DNA of 64,000 nt, taken from NCBI GenBank assembly GCA_963696385.1, contig CAVOKF010000008.1:672001-736000 (forward strand). The letters run 5' to 3'. The notes under the pieces are model-generated. The model had not been told where the DNA came from and did not search any database. It saw nothing but the letters and a program-made list of their open reading frames with translations. Positions 34,006 to 43,761 of this stretch are shown here, piece by piece. The DNA is from an uncultured delta proteobacterium. GTDB taxonomy: Bacteria > Myxococcota_A > Polyangia > Polyangiales > Polyangiaceae. A program made the position numbers and the translations under genes. Each line of letters begins with the position of its first letter. Position 1 is the first letter of the stretch.

Positions 34006-34470
34006 ATGGACGAATGGCACCGTAAGCTTGCCCGCGATCTGGTCGCCCGCACACCCGCTGTCACGCCCGACGAGCGGGCCACCGCGCTCGAGGTCGCGTT
34101 CGGCGACGCGCGCGCGGCCGTGGCGTTCACGCTCGAGTTCGCGCGTGCGCACCGCATCGTGGCGACCGGGAACGTCGCGGGCGACGACCTATGGATTCAG
34201 CTCGGCGAAGCGCGTGCGCGGTTCACCCTGAATCGACGCGAGGCGCGCGTGACCGTGCGCGCACACGGCGACGAGAAGCACTTGCAGTGGGACGACGCGA
34301 AGAACGCGATCGTCGACGCGACCGGGACCTTGGCCGATCTGCAGGCAGCAGCCCGCAGCACATTGGATGCGATCGTCAGCGAATGGCAGTCCAGTCCAAC
34401 CGTCGCGCTGCTGTCGAGCATCCCGCCTCAGCCCGATCCGGAACACGACGACGAGCCGACGAAGGGGTGA
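34006..34470 (+). CDS. Hypothetical protein
   Basis: 154-aa ORF with coding-like GC3; TATACT 8 nt upstream of ATG. Confidence 0.7.
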   Translation: MDEWHRKLARDLVARTPAVTPDERATALEVAFGDARAAVAFTLEFARAHRIVATGNVAGDDLWIQLGEARARFTLNRREARVTVRAHGDEKHLQWDDAKNAIVDATGTLADLQAAARSTLDAIVSEWQSSPTVALLSSIPPQPDPEHDDEPTKG

Positions 34471-34513
34471 TCGGCTGTGCGGTCCGCCAACGCCCTGACG
34501 GCCGCCGGCGGGT

Positions 34514-35092
34514 CTACGCCGGTCCGCGGACCGGCCGTCGCCACTTGATGCTGCAGCCGACGCTCGGGCGCTGGTCCGCCGAGGGCGACCGGCCGGCCGC
34601 CACGGCCTCGATGGCCGCACGCAAATCGCGGCCGGTCACCGGTTTGCCGTTCGACGGACGGCTGTCGTCGAGTTGTCCTCGGTACGCGAGTTTTTTCTGC
34701 GCGTCGAAGACGAACAGATCGGGTGTGCACTCCGCGTGCAAGGCCCGCGCAACCGCTTGCGTGTCGTCGAACAAGAAAGGAAAGCGCCAGCGCTCGGCGC
34801 GCGCGAGGCGCGCCATCGCGTCCGGACCGTCCTGCGGATACGTGGCGAGGTCGTTCGAGTTGATCGCCACGACGGCGAGCCCGAGGTCGATCGCCTCGTG
34901 GGCCACGCGAACGAGCTCGCTCCGAACATGGACGACGAACGGGCAATGGTTGCAGATGACCAAGACGACCGTCCCGCGTTTGCCCTCGGCGAGTGCGCCG
35001 ACGTCGACCGGCGCGCCGTCGACGGCGTTGGTGAGTCGGATGGCCGGCAGCGGCGTTCCGAGCGGCAGCATACCGGAGGGGGTGTCGGCCAT
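34514..35092 (-). CDS. Thioredoxin-fold (AhpC/TSA-like) protein
   Basis: CNHCPFV, INSND..YPQD, ACTP-like AECTPDLF, YRGQLDDSRP, SVGCSIKW. Confidence 0.9.
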   Translation of the reverse strand: MADTPSGMLPLGTPLPAIRLTNAVDGAPVDVGALAEGKRGTVVLVICNHCPFVVHVRSELVRVAHEAIDLGLAVVAINSNDLATYPQDGPDAMARLARAERWRFPFLFDDTQAVARALHAECTPDLFVFDAQKKLAYRGQLDDSRPSNGKPVTGRDLRAAIEAVAAGRSPSADQRPSVGCSIKWRRPVRGPA

Positions 35093-35097
35093 GATCG

Positions 35098-36507
35098 TCA
35101 CCGATTCATCGTGTGGATGGCCTGCCCGAGGCCGTTGAGGCTCGCCTCCATCAGCCCTTCGCCCAGGGTCGGATGCGGATGCATCGTCAAACCGACGTCC
35201 TCGAGAAACGCGTGCATTTCGAGCGCGAGGGCGCCCTCGCTGATGAAATCCGTGGCCTCGGGACCGACGATGTGGATGCCCAGGATTTCGTGCGAGGTCT
35301 TGTCCGCCACGACCTTGATGAAGCCATCGGTCTCGTTCACGGCCATCGCCCGACCGAGGATGCTGAACGGGAATTTCCCAATGCGCACGTCGAGGCCCTT
35401 GTCTTTGGCCTGCACCTCGCCGATGCCGACCGTGGCGATCTCGGGATCGGTGAAAATCGCCGCCGGAACGGCGACCCAGTCTTTGGCCGCCTTGTGTCCC
35501 GCGAGGACCTCGGCGACCACCTCGCCCTCTTTGCTGGCCTTGTGCGCGAGCATCGGAACGCTCGAGCAATCGCCGATGGCGTAGATCCCCGGCACGCTCG
35601 TGCTGCCCGTCAGGTCCGTGGGCACGAACCCTCGGTCGACTTTGACGCCGAGCTCCTCGAGCCCGATACCGGCCCCGTTCGGCCGCATGCCGACCGCCAC
35701 GAGCACGACGTCGGTGACGACGGTATCGGTCTTGCCGCCGACTTCGAGCCGAACCGCGATCGATCCGTCCTTCTGCGGCTCGTAGCCGAGGGCCTTGGCT
35801 CCCTTCAGAATCTTGGCGCCCCGCTTCGTGTAGAGCCGTTCGACCACGGCTGCGACGTCCGGGTCCACGCCCGTCAGAAGGTTGGGCAAGGCCTCCACGA
35901 TCGTGATGTCGCTGCCGAGCCGCTGATACGCCCCGCCGAGCTCCATGCCGATGATGCCGCCGCCGATGACGAGCAGCCGACGAGGAACCTCCCGCAGACT
36001 GACGGCTTCCTTCGCGCCGATGATCCTCTTGCCGTCGAACTTGAACGTCGGAATCTCGATGGTCGACGACCCGGTCGCGACGACGATTCCTTTCGTCGCT
36101 TCGAACGTCTCGGTCGCGCCCTCGCGCGTGCGCACCGCGACGGTCTTCGGCCCCGTCAGCCGCGCCTCGCCGTAAAGCAGATCGGCGCCATTGCCGCGAA
36201 GAAGACTGCGCACGCCGCCGGTCAGCTTCTTGATGATCCCCTCTTTCCAATCCTGGAGCTTGTTCGCGTCGATGCGAGGGTTGTCGACCAAAAGGCCATA
36301 CGACGATCCGGCCTTCACCTTCTCGTAGGTGTGGCTCGTGGCGATGATGGCCTTGCTGGGAACGCAGCCCCAGTTCAGGCACACGCCGCCCACTTCTTCC
36401 TTTTCGATGCAGAGCACCTTCTGCTTCAACTGCCCGAGTCGGATCGCGCAAACGTAACCACCGGGACCACCGCCGATGACGATTGCGTCGTACGTCTTGC
36501 TCGCCAT
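35098..36507 (-). CDS. lpdA: Dihydrolipoyl dehydrogenase (E3)
   Basis: IGGGPGGY, GGVCLNWGCVPSK, GGGIIGME, LAHKA, HPHPTLGE. Confidence 0.96.
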   Translation of the reverse strand: MASKTYDAIVIGGGPGGYVCAIRLGQLKQKVLCIEKEEVGGVCLNWGCVPSKAIIATSHTYEKVKAGSSYGLLVDNPRIDANKLQDWKEGIIKKLTGGVRSLLRGNGADLLYGEARLTGPKTVAVRTREGATETFEATKGIVVATGSSTIEIPTFKFDGKRIIGAKEAVSLREVPRRLLVIGGGIIGMELGGAYQRLGSDITIVEALPNLLTGVDPDVAAVVERLYTKRGAKILKGAKALGYEPQKDGSIAVRLEVGGKTDTVVTDVVLVAVGMRPNGAGIGLEELGVKVDRGFVPTDLTGSTSVPGIYAIGDCSSVPMLAHKASKEGEVVAEVLAGHKAAKDWVAVPAAIFTDPEIATVGIGEVQAKDKGLDVRIGKFPFSILGRAMAVNETDGFIKVVADKTSHEILGIHIVGPEATDFISEGALALEMHAFLEDVGLTMHPHPTLGEGLMEASLNGLGQAIHTMNR

Positions 36508-36586
36508 GCCCTGTCTCCTCGCGGCCGCCCCCGGATAGAGGGCGGCTCGAACGTCCCATGAACCCCCCAAACAAGCTAATCATCTC

Positions 36587-37717
36587 TCAGGTAGGGACAA
36601 ATCGCACTCTTTTCAACCAATCGAGCTCCTGCCGGAGGGCGGGCGGCACCGCCGCGTAGACGTCCTCGACGAGCGTCTCGAGCGCCGGCGGTGGCAACGC
36701 TTCCGAGGCGTCGATCGCGCTCGCGATTTCGGCTGCCAATTCGGCGCGCAACGCCGCATCGCTCGCGTCGGAGACGAGGCCGAGCCCCGCGAGGTGGCGG
36801 CGCAGCCGGTCCAGGGGATCCTTGGCCGCCCAGGCGATCTTGTCGGATTCGGAGCGGTACAGGGTCGGGTCGTCGCTCGTCGAATGGGGTCCCATGCGGT
36901 ACGTCACCGCTTCGATGAACGTCGTCCCCTGCCCTGCGCGCGCCCGATCGAGGGCCGTTCGAACGGCAGCGTACACGGCGAGCACGTCGTTGCCGTCGAC
37001 GCGAACCCCCGGGATCCCGTACGCGCGTGCCTTGATGGCCAGCGTGCGCGCCGCGGTCTGGCGCTCGACCGGCACGCTGATGGACCACTGGTTATTCTGG
37101 CAGACGAGCACCGCGGGCGCTTTCCACGCTGCCGCGAAGGTCATCGCGGCGTGAAAGTCGCCATGACTGGTCGCGCCGTCTCCGAGAAACGCCACCGCCA
37201 CGGCACCCGTCTTGCGGGCGAGCATCGCCCACGCCGCGCCGATCGCGTGCGGCAGCTGCGTGCCGATGCACGACGACCAGCTCACCTGGTGCACGGCGCG
37301 CCCGGACATGTGGCTCGGCATCTGCCGCCCTTTGAGCACGTCGCCCGAGTTGCCGAAGATCTGCGCCACGAAGGTGCGCAACGGAAAGCCGCGGACGAGC
37401 ATGACGCTCTGCTCGCGCAGCGCCGGGAACACCCAGTCCTCGTCGCGCATCGCGAGGGCGGTAGCGATCGGCACGGCTTCCTGCCCGTGGGCCGCGCCGT
37501 AGAAGCCGACCCGCCCCTGCCGCTGCAGCGCCGTCATTCGAGCGTCCAGCAGGCGCACGCGGTGCATCTCGCGGTACGCGCGTTCGAGAATCTCGGGGCG
37601 CACCTGCGGGTCGGTCGCCGGATCGGCGGTGCCGTCGTCGCGTAAGACCCGCAGCAGGGCGATGTCCGGGTCGTCGTCGCGAGCGACGTCCAGGTCGGCC
37701 GGCGGATCGCTGGGCAT
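36587..37717 (-). CDS. Pyruvate/2-oxoisovalerate dehydrogenase E1 alpha subunit
   Basis: LQRQGRVGFY, KGRQMPSH, GDGATSHGDF...NNQWSIS, VDGND, YRMGPHSTSDDP. Confidence 0.92.
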   Translation of the reverse strand: MPSDPPADLDVARDDDPDIALLRVLRDDGTADPATDPQVRPEILERAYREMHRVRLLDARMTALQRQGRVGFYGAAHGQEAVPIATALAMRDEDWVFPALREQSVMLVRGFPLRTFVAQIFGNSGDVLKGRQMPSHMSGRAVHQVSWSSCIGTQLPHAIGAAWAMLARKTGAVAVAFLGDGATSHGDFHAAMTFAAAWKAPAVLVCQNNQWSISVPVERQTAARTLAIKARAYGIPGVRVDGNDVLAVYAAVRTALDRARAGQGTTFIEAVTYRMGPHSTSDDPTLYRSESDKIAWAAKDPLDRLRRHLAGLGLVSDASDAALRAELAAEIASAIDASEALPPPALETLVEDVYAAVPPALRQELDWLKRVRFVPT

Positions 37718-37723
37718 GGACGT

Positions 37724-38734
37724 TTAGTCCGCGCCCGTATCCGCGCGCGGCGATCCATCCGTCGGCGCCGGCGCCCCGTCGATCGAATCGAGACCCCCGT
37801 CGGACGCGTGCGCCGAGCCGTCGATCGACCCCGCGGCTGCGTCGGAGACGCTGACCGATCCCGCCGTCGCATCGGCCTCGTCGTGGCCCCCGTCGAACGA
37901 TGACGAGGATCCGGTGGAAGCCGTCGCGTCGGCCGAAGTCAGGCCGGCATCGGCTTCGAACGCGCCGGCGCCAGCCGGGGGAGGGCCACAAAAAAGCGGA
38001 ACCGCGGCGGAGAAGAAACTTTGCAGCGACGACTGCAAGCACGCGGCTATCGCAGCGCCGCCGTCGGCCGGCAAGCCCCCCGCGTCGGCCCGGGCGCAGG
38101 CGGCCGCGCCGACGTAGAGCTGGCATCCGCTGAGGTCCGCTTGCTGCGCGCACGTGTCGTACGCCGAAATCGAGATCCCGTCGTTCGGCGTCACCGGACA
38201 ATTTGCAGCGCAGGAGGCGAACTCGCAACCGGCGAGCTCCTGGACCGCCTCCGCGCAGGACAGCGCCGACGGATTGCTCGGATCGCTCAACTCGATGCAC
38301 CCTGCGACGTTCAGCTGAATCCACCCGGAGACGTCGACGATGAGCGGCCCGTAGGTGCCCGAGTCGGGTGGAGCCTCCAGGCAGCTGGCGCACCCCGGAT
38401 ACGGGGCGAGCTGGACGCTGCACAGATGCGCCGACGCGCGCGACCCAAAGCAAGCCTCGTACAAGGCGTCGAGCGCTTCGGCGGACGCCGGGCACGCGCC
38501 CGGTGTGCGTTCGGCCGGGTGATACTCGGCGGGGACGAACGTGGGCACGTCACCGGGGATGCACGCGCTCGCATCGATGAGGGTGGCGTCGCCGGTGCTT
38601 TCGGGGAGCCCGGCCGCCGCGTTGGCCAGAGGCACGGCGCCGGCGTCACCGGCGACGGTCGCGAACGTCGAGTTCGACACGGCGGCGCAAGCCGCGAGCG
38701 CAAGCATCGCCACGCAGCTGGCGAGACGTCCCAC
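37724..38734 (-). CDS. Cys-rich hypothetical lipoprotein
   Basis: Lipobox LAA-C; multiple Cys; DAG-rich tail; start uncertain (38734 or 38707). Confidence 0.7.
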   Translation of the reverse strand: MGRLASCVAMLALAACAAVSNSTFATVAGDAGAVPLANAAAGLPESTGDATLIDASACIPGDVPTFVPAEYHPAERTPGACPASAEALDALYEACFGSRASAHLCSVQLAPYPGCASCLEAPPDSGTYGPLIVDVSGWIQLNVAGCIELSDPSNPSALSCAEAVQELAGCEFASCAANCPVTPNDGISISAYDTCAQQADLSGCQLYVGAAACARADAGGLPADGGAAIAACLQSSLQSFFSAAVPLFCGPPPAGAGAFEADAGLTSADATASTGSSSSFDGGHDEADATAGSVSVSDAAAGSIDGSAHASDGGLDSIDGAPAPTDGSPRADTGAD

Positions 38735-38936
38735 GGATGCGCGAGCGCCGGCGGCGCACGAAACCGCGCGAAGCCAAATGGAAGTCAAGGATTGACTCGA
38801 ACTATGCCACGATCGCGGAACCGGCGCGAACGCGGACCTTCGTGACCCTCGGTGACCTCGGCCCCTCCCCACGGCTCCCCCATGGCCCCCCCCAAGCTCG
38901 ACCGAATCGAGCGCGGCCCGGCCCAGGTTGGATGGC

Positions 38937-39521
38937 CTACCGGCCGGGCTCCGGACCTCCTCGAGCGGCAGCGGCAGCGGGATCTCGATCCGCGCCGTCG
39001 ACCGACCCCTGGCTCGAATCGCGCGCAGGCGGCGGCCCATGCGCCCGCCCCGACGACAACGTCACGACGTGCAGAGCGATGACGACGGTCAGAAGTCCGA
39101 GCTCGGCCTGGCCGCACAGTTCGGCAAGATCGTGGAGCCGCGAAAGTTCGAGTCCGGCGCCGCCCAGCCCGCGCAGAACCCCCTGCGCGTGCAGGTGGGC
39201 GATCCGGGGCGAGACGTGAATCCCTTCGAACACGGCGACGACGGCGGCCGCGGCCGAGACGAACGCTCGAGCGTGGTCGAATCGCCGAAAGGGCATGCGC
39301 AGCGCGGCGCGCACGGCTTCGGTGGCCAGAACGACGGAAGCACAGGCCATGGCCACCGTGTCGAAGCGGCGGAAGACGACGGTCATCGCGTCCGCGCTGG
39401 TCGGCAAGGGCACCCGGGCGAAAATGACCGGCGCCGCCAGGGCGCCGAGCGCGACCAGGCCGCCCATCCATACCGCGACCGCGACCAGCGCGATCCCCGA
39501 GCCGACCTGCAGCACGACCAT
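38937..39521 (-). CDS. DUF4149-like membrane protein
   Basis: AVWMGG...AAPVIF...MTVVFRRF, 4 TM segments, SRLH; start uncertain. Confidence 0.72.
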   Translation of the reverse strand: MVVLQVGSGIALVAVAVWMGGLVALGALAAPVIFARVPLPTSADAMTVVFRRFDTVAMACASVVLATEAVRAALRMPFRRFDHARAFVSAAAAVVAVFEGIHVSPRIAHLHAQGVLRGLGGAGLELSRLHDLAELCGQAELGLLTVVIALHVVTLSSGRAHGPPPARDSSQGSVDGADRDPAAAAARGGPEPGR

Positions 39522-39546
39522 GCGCGTGCGGCCCGCAAGCGCGGAT

Positions 39547-40599
39547 TCAGTCGACGGCGAGACGGACGAGGGCTTCCCGAACGAGTGCATCATCGACGGC
39601 ATCTCCGAGGTTTTCGAGCGCGGGTCGCGCTTCTCCGATCCGCGCGCGACCGGCCGCAACGACCGCGGCCTCGCGCGTAGCACGCTTCCACGACGACAGG
39701 TCCGACACGATGTCGGTCCTCGCCTTTTCGTGGCCCATGCGAGCCAGGGCTGTCCGCGCGTGCCACGCCGTGCTCGAGCGGTCGCCGCCGCCCCAGCTCA
39801 GCACGGATCGGAGCACGCGCTGGGTGCCCCAGACGCGCTGCTCGAGATGCGGGATCGCCTCGCGCAAGCGAAGCTCGCCGGCGAGCTCGACGCAAGCTTG
39901 CTCGTCTTCGATCTCGGGGGTGTTGCGGCGCCCGGATACGACCTCGAGGACGACCTGCCGTCCGATCGGGTGGCCGAGACGAGCCAGATAGATCGCCGCC
40001 ACAATCGCGACCGCTTCGTCCGGCGTGTCGATGAGCTGCCCGGCACGCGCAGCGAGGCGCGCGTCGCGCAGCGGTTCGCCGTCCACGCCGTACTCCTCGG
40101 CGACCCGCATGGCGATGTAGCGAATGGCCTCGTCCGGATCGTCGAGGGCGGCGGCCAGTGCCGATGCGACCGCCGGGGGATCGTCCTTCGCCACGCGCGC
40201 GAACGCGATGACGGCCTGGTAGCGCACCTCCGGGCGAGGGTCGGACAATGCGCGATCGAGTCGCTGCGTCGCGCGCGGGTCGGCGATCTCGCCGAGCGCC
40301 GACAGGGCCATCTGGCGCACGAACGCGTCGTCGTCCTCGACCGCGACCAACAGCGTGGGTAGGGCTACGTCGGCGCGGACGTCCGCGAGACCGACCGCCG
40401 CCTCCGCACGCACTTCGGCCGCACCGTCTTCGCGCAACGCTCGCTCGAGCAGCGGGATGGCGCGCGCGCGCGTCGCGTCGCTCCGCAGCGCGTGGCGCAC
40501 CAAGTCCCGAATGGCCGCTACGCGGGTCGGGGCCCGATCCGAGCCGACGTCGCGCAAACTGGCTTCGAGGCTACGTGGCAAGAGCGACGGGGTCAGCAC
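39547..40599 (-). CDS. HEAT-repeat protein
   Basis: Repeats EVRAEAAVGLA, FVRQMALSALGEI, EVRYQAVIA, DPDEAIRYIA. Confidence 0.85.
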   Translation of the reverse strand: MLTPSLLPRSLEASLRDVGSDRAPTRVAAIRDLVRHALRSDATRARAIPLLERALREDGAAEVRAEAAVGLADVRADVALPTLLVAVEDDDAFVRQMALSALGEIADPRATQRLDRALSDPRPEVRYQAVIAFARVAKDDPPAVASALAAALDDPDEAIRYIAMRVAEEYGVDGEPLRDARLAARAGQLIDTPDEAVAIVAAIYLARLGHPIGRQVVLEVVSGRRNTPEIEDEQACVELAGELRLREAIPHLEQRVWGTQRVLRSVLSWGGGDRSSTAWHARTALARMGHEKARTDIVSDLSSWKRATREAAVVAAGRARIGEARPALENLGDAVDDALVREALVRLAVD

Positions 40600-40623
40600 G
40601 GGAGGCGAATCCGTGTAGCACCC

Positions 40624-41409
40624 TTAGCGCGTTGTCTCGAACCACTTGCCCGCGACGAGCATGGCCGCGCTCGTGGCGAACACGCCGACGGCACCCACCG
40701 CGAGCACGTGCGGCGCTCGGATCATCGACGCAACGCCTTGGTCGAGAACGCCTCCGAGCGACACACCGTCACGCGGGCCGAACCCGACGAAGGCGAGTGC
40801 CGCTTCGCTCACGACGACTGCCGCGCCGCTCAATCCGAGCTGCACGGAGGCGACACTCAAGAGATTCGGCACGACGTGGCGTACGAGCAAGGCCGCGCGC
40901 CCGCACCCGAGCGCGACCGCGGCGTGCACGAACGAAGCCTCGCGAAGCACGCGCGTCTGCGCGAGCGACAGCCGAGCGAACGGCACCCAGGCTGTGAGCG
41001 CAAAGACGATTCCGATGTGCACACGCGACGGATGAGGCACGGCGCTCAGCACCGCGAGCGCCAAGATGAACGTGGGGAACGCCTGGACGAGATCGCAGGC
41101 TCGCTCGACCAAGCGCTCGAGCCGTCCTCGGGCGAGCGCGGCCGCCGCGCCGAGGGGCGTTCCGACGACGAGGCCGGTCAGCGCCACCGCAACGGCAAGT
41201 GCGATCGCACGTTGCTGCGCGAACAGGACGGCGGACGTCAAGTCGATGCCGGCCTCGCCGCACCCGAACGGGCGCGTCCACGACGGAGGCGCCCAAGCGC
41301 GCGTCGGATCCAGGCGCCCGGGCGGCTCGCGCACGAGCCAGGCACCCATCGCGCTGGCGGCGAGAATCGTGGCGAGCGGGACGAGCGTGGCGCCCCTTCT
41401 GCGCCTCAT
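40624..41409 (-). CDS. Peptide/nickel ABC transporter permease (DppC/OppC-like)
   Basis: PPSWTRPFG, AFPTFILA, FVHAAVALG, RHVVPN, EAALAFVGFG. Confidence 0.88.
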   Translation of the reverse strand: MRRRRGATLVPLATILAASAMGAWLVREPPGRLDPTRAWAPPSWTRPFGCGEAGIDLTSAVLFAQQRAIALAVAVALTGLVVGTPLGAAAALARGRLERLVERACDLVQAFPTFILALAVLSAVPHPSRVHIGIVFALTAWVPFARLSLAQTRVLREASFVHAAVALGCGRAALLVRHVVPNLLSVASVQLGLSGAAVVVSEAALAFVGFGPRDGVSLGGVLDQGVASMIRAPHVLAVGAVGVFATSAAMLVAGKWFETTR

Positions 41410-42377
41410 CGTTCGCCCCGTGCCCGGGGGTCGACGGCGAGGTGAACCGCGGTCCCCAGCGCTTGCGCGGCGACAAAGAGCAGGCCCGATGCGACGACGG
41501 CGCCTTCCAGCACGGGCAAGTCGCGCGTCGTGTAGGCCTCGATGATGAGCATGCCGAGGCCCCAGCGCTCGAAGAGGCGCTCGAGCACGACGGCGCCGCC
41601 CAAGAGCGCGCCGAGTTGCGCGGCGACGACCGTCGCGATCGGCCCCGCCACCGTCGGCAAGGCGTGCACGCACCAGACCCGGATCGGCCGCGCCCCCTTC
41701 GCCACGGCGACCGTCAGAAACGACTGCTTCGCGACGTCCGCAAGCGCGGCCCGCGCGATTCGGCCCACGTGAGCCGCCAGCGGGATGGCGAGCAGCGACG
41801 CGGCAAAGAGCAAGCCCGTCGCTCCGGCATCGGGGTCTCCGGGCAACGGCAAGACCCGCAGGCGCACCGCCAGCGCCCAGGTGACGACGGGCGCAAACGC
41901 CAAGAGCGGAGCGGCCGCCACGACCACCAGAACGTGCTCAATCGACGATCGGGCTCGGGGTCCCAGCCACGGACCGCTCGCCGCAATGGCGGTCGCGATT
42001 CCGCCCACCGCCCCCAACCCGACCGCGACCGTCGCAAGTTCGGCGGTCGGCACGAGCGCACCGAGAACCCGCGCCATCGCGAGGGTCCCGGGGCGGCGGT
42101 ACGAGTCCCCGAGGTCGAGCGTCGCGAGCCCGCGCAGAAACCGCCCGTATTGAGCCCACAGCGGCTCGTCCAAATGCAGGATCGAGCGGACCCGAGCGAG
42201 GTCGGCGGCGCTCGCCTCGTCGCCGAGCACGAGGCGAGCGGGATCGCCGGGCAACCAGCGCAGAGCGACAAAGACCAGGGACGCGAGCGCGACGACGACC
42301 GTCAGGGATTCGACCGCACGGGCGACCAGCAAACGGCCGACGCCCCAAGCGCGAGCGAGGTCACCCGCCGCCCGCAT
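41406..42377 (-). CDS. Peptide/nickel ABC transporter permease (DppB/OppB-like)
   Basis: LPGDPA, LDEPLWAQY, DLGDSY, AVAKGA, GGAVVLERLF...GLG, RDLPV, DPR. Confidence 0.88.
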   Translation of the reverse strand: MRAAGDLARAWGVGRLLVARAVESLTVVVALASLVFVALRWLPGDPARLVLGDEASAADLARVRSILHLDEPLWAQYGRFLRGLATLDLGDSYRRPGTLAMARVLGALVPTAELATVAVGLGAVGGIATAIAASGPWLGPRARSSIEHVLVVVAAAPLLAFAPVVTWALAVRLRVLPLPGDPDAGATGLLFAASLLAIPLAAHVGRIARAALADVAKQSFLTVAVAKGARPIRVWCVHALPTVAGPIATVVAAQLGALLGGAVVLERLFERWGLGMLIIEAYTTRDLPVLEGAVVASGLLFVAAQALGTAVHLAVDPRARGER

Positions 42378-43263
42378 CGGCATCGGCGGACGCATCGGCA
42401 TCGGCGGACGCATCGGTCAAGATCTCTCCGCCGGCCTCCGCCGAGGCGTCGGGCGAAGGGCCGGCGCCAGCGTCGCTCTCGGCATCGCTCGACATCCCTC
42501 TCAGCGCGTCGCTCGACCCTTCGCTCTCGTCGCCGCTCGACACGTCGCTGCTAGCTACCGCATCGCTCGAGCTCAAGGCATCGCTCGAGCTGCCGCTCTC
42601 GCCGGTGGACACGTCGCTGACCCCGTCGGTTGAGCCGCTCACCGCGTCGCTCGAACTCTCGGCGGACGCCGCTTCGGCCGATCCCTCGCCGGACGGAGGC
42701 GCATCGAGAGGCGCATCGGCGCCCGCCTCCGGGATGGGCGGCAGAGTCGGACCGCACACACCCGAGTCCGACAGCGGCGCGACGGACGCCTGGGACGACG
42801 ACGCCGCGATGCACACACTCTGGTTCTGATTGTCGTCGAGGATCGCGCCGTTCCAGGGCTGGCCGCGAGGATCGGCGCAGACGTACCCCTCGTCTTCGCG
42901 GCAATCCGAGTCACTGCTGCAATGAGCCATGCAAAACGACAGTCCGATTCGGCCCGGCGCCGAATAGTCGCTGTAGACGCAGCCGGGAACACTCGGGTTG
43001 AACAGGACACACACGGCGCTGTCCGGACAGGTGTTGTCGGTGCAGTTGAGTTCGGTGCAATACCCGTCCGGCTGCGCCGTGTCGCACACGCGATCGCCCT
43101 GGGGCGAACAGTCCGTCGACAGCGTGCAGGCACTGCCGATATGCGCTTTGCAGCCGGCCACCGCAAGCGCGAGGCCCGCAAGCGCAAGCTGAGCCGCCCT
43201 CGTCCACCGCTCGGATCGGCCCGCAGATGGCCCTGGGGCATCGGTGCGGGTCGGTAGCCACAT
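42361..43263 (-). CDS. Cys-rich lipoprotein with Ser/Asp/Ala-rich tail
   Basis: Lipobox VAG-C; IGSACTLSTDC...RVCD...GYCT...C..DSDCR...GYVC; DASADA repeats. Confidence 0.75.
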   Translation of the reverse strand: MWLPTRTDAPGPSAGRSERWTRAAQLALAGLALAVAGCKAHIGSACTLSTDCSPQGDRVCDTAQPDGYCTELNCTDNTCPDSAVCVLFNPSVPGCVYSDYSAPGRIGLSFCMAHCSSDSDCREDEGYVCADPRGQPWNGAILDDNQNQSVCIAASSSQASVAPLSDSGVCGPTLPPIPEAGADAPLDAPPSGEGSAEAASAESSSDAVSGSTDGVSDVSTGESGSSSDALSSSDAVASSDVSSGDESEGSSDALRGMSSDAESDAGAGPSPDASAEAGGEILTDASADADASADADAGGG

Positions 43264-43349
43264 CCGTCGCGGACCCTAGTCGCGCCCCCCTCGGTCGCGC
43301 AAGCGGCCGAAGGCGCAATCCCGCTGCAACTGCGCGGCCTGTGGCGGGT

Positions 43350-43378
43350 TTGACTTTGGCGGGACTGCTTCCTACGTT
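43350..43378 (+). promoter_or_regulatory. Putative sigma70-type promoter for the ferredoxin
   Basis: TTGACT-N17-TACGTT, 13 nt before ATG 43392. Confidence 0.5.
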
Positions 43379-43391
43379 GCGGTCCTCGTCC

Positions 43392-43697
43392 ATGTCCACG
43401 TACATCACTGCCGACTGCATCAACTGCGGTGCCTGCGAGCCCGAGTGCCCGAACGAAGCGATCAGCGAAGGTGATGAGATTTACGTTATCGACCCGGAGC
43501 TCTGCACCGAGTGCGTCGGGTTCTACGATCACGAGGCGTGCCAGGCGGTCTGTCCCGTCGAATGCTGCATCCCCGATCCGGGCCATCGTGAAGAGGAGTC
43601 GCTCTTGCTCGAGCGGGCGATCCGTCTGCATCCCGAGGACCAAGAGCTCAAGAAGCGCGTCGCCGCCGGATCGTTTCCTTCTCGCTTTCGAAAGTAG
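43392..43697 (+). CDS. YfhL-family 2[4Fe-4S] ferredoxin
   Basis: CINCGACEPECP and CTECVG.....CQAVCPVECC. Confidence 0.93.
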   Translation: MSTYITADCINCGACEPECPNEAISEGDEIYVIDPELCTECVGFYDHEACQAVCPVECCIPDPGHREEESLLLERAIRLHPEDQELKKRVAAGSFPSRFRK

Positions 43698-43761
43698 ACG
43701 ATCCGCCTCACGTCGGCGACGCCTCCAAACGGCATCGCTCGTCGGGTGTTGCGCCGCATGC

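Noticed and set aside
38783..38808. AGTCAA-GGA-TTGACT palindrome and a nearby TGGCA sigma54-like site on the minus strand
   Set aside because: A single short palindrome with no second copy, and the -12 position reads GT rather than GC
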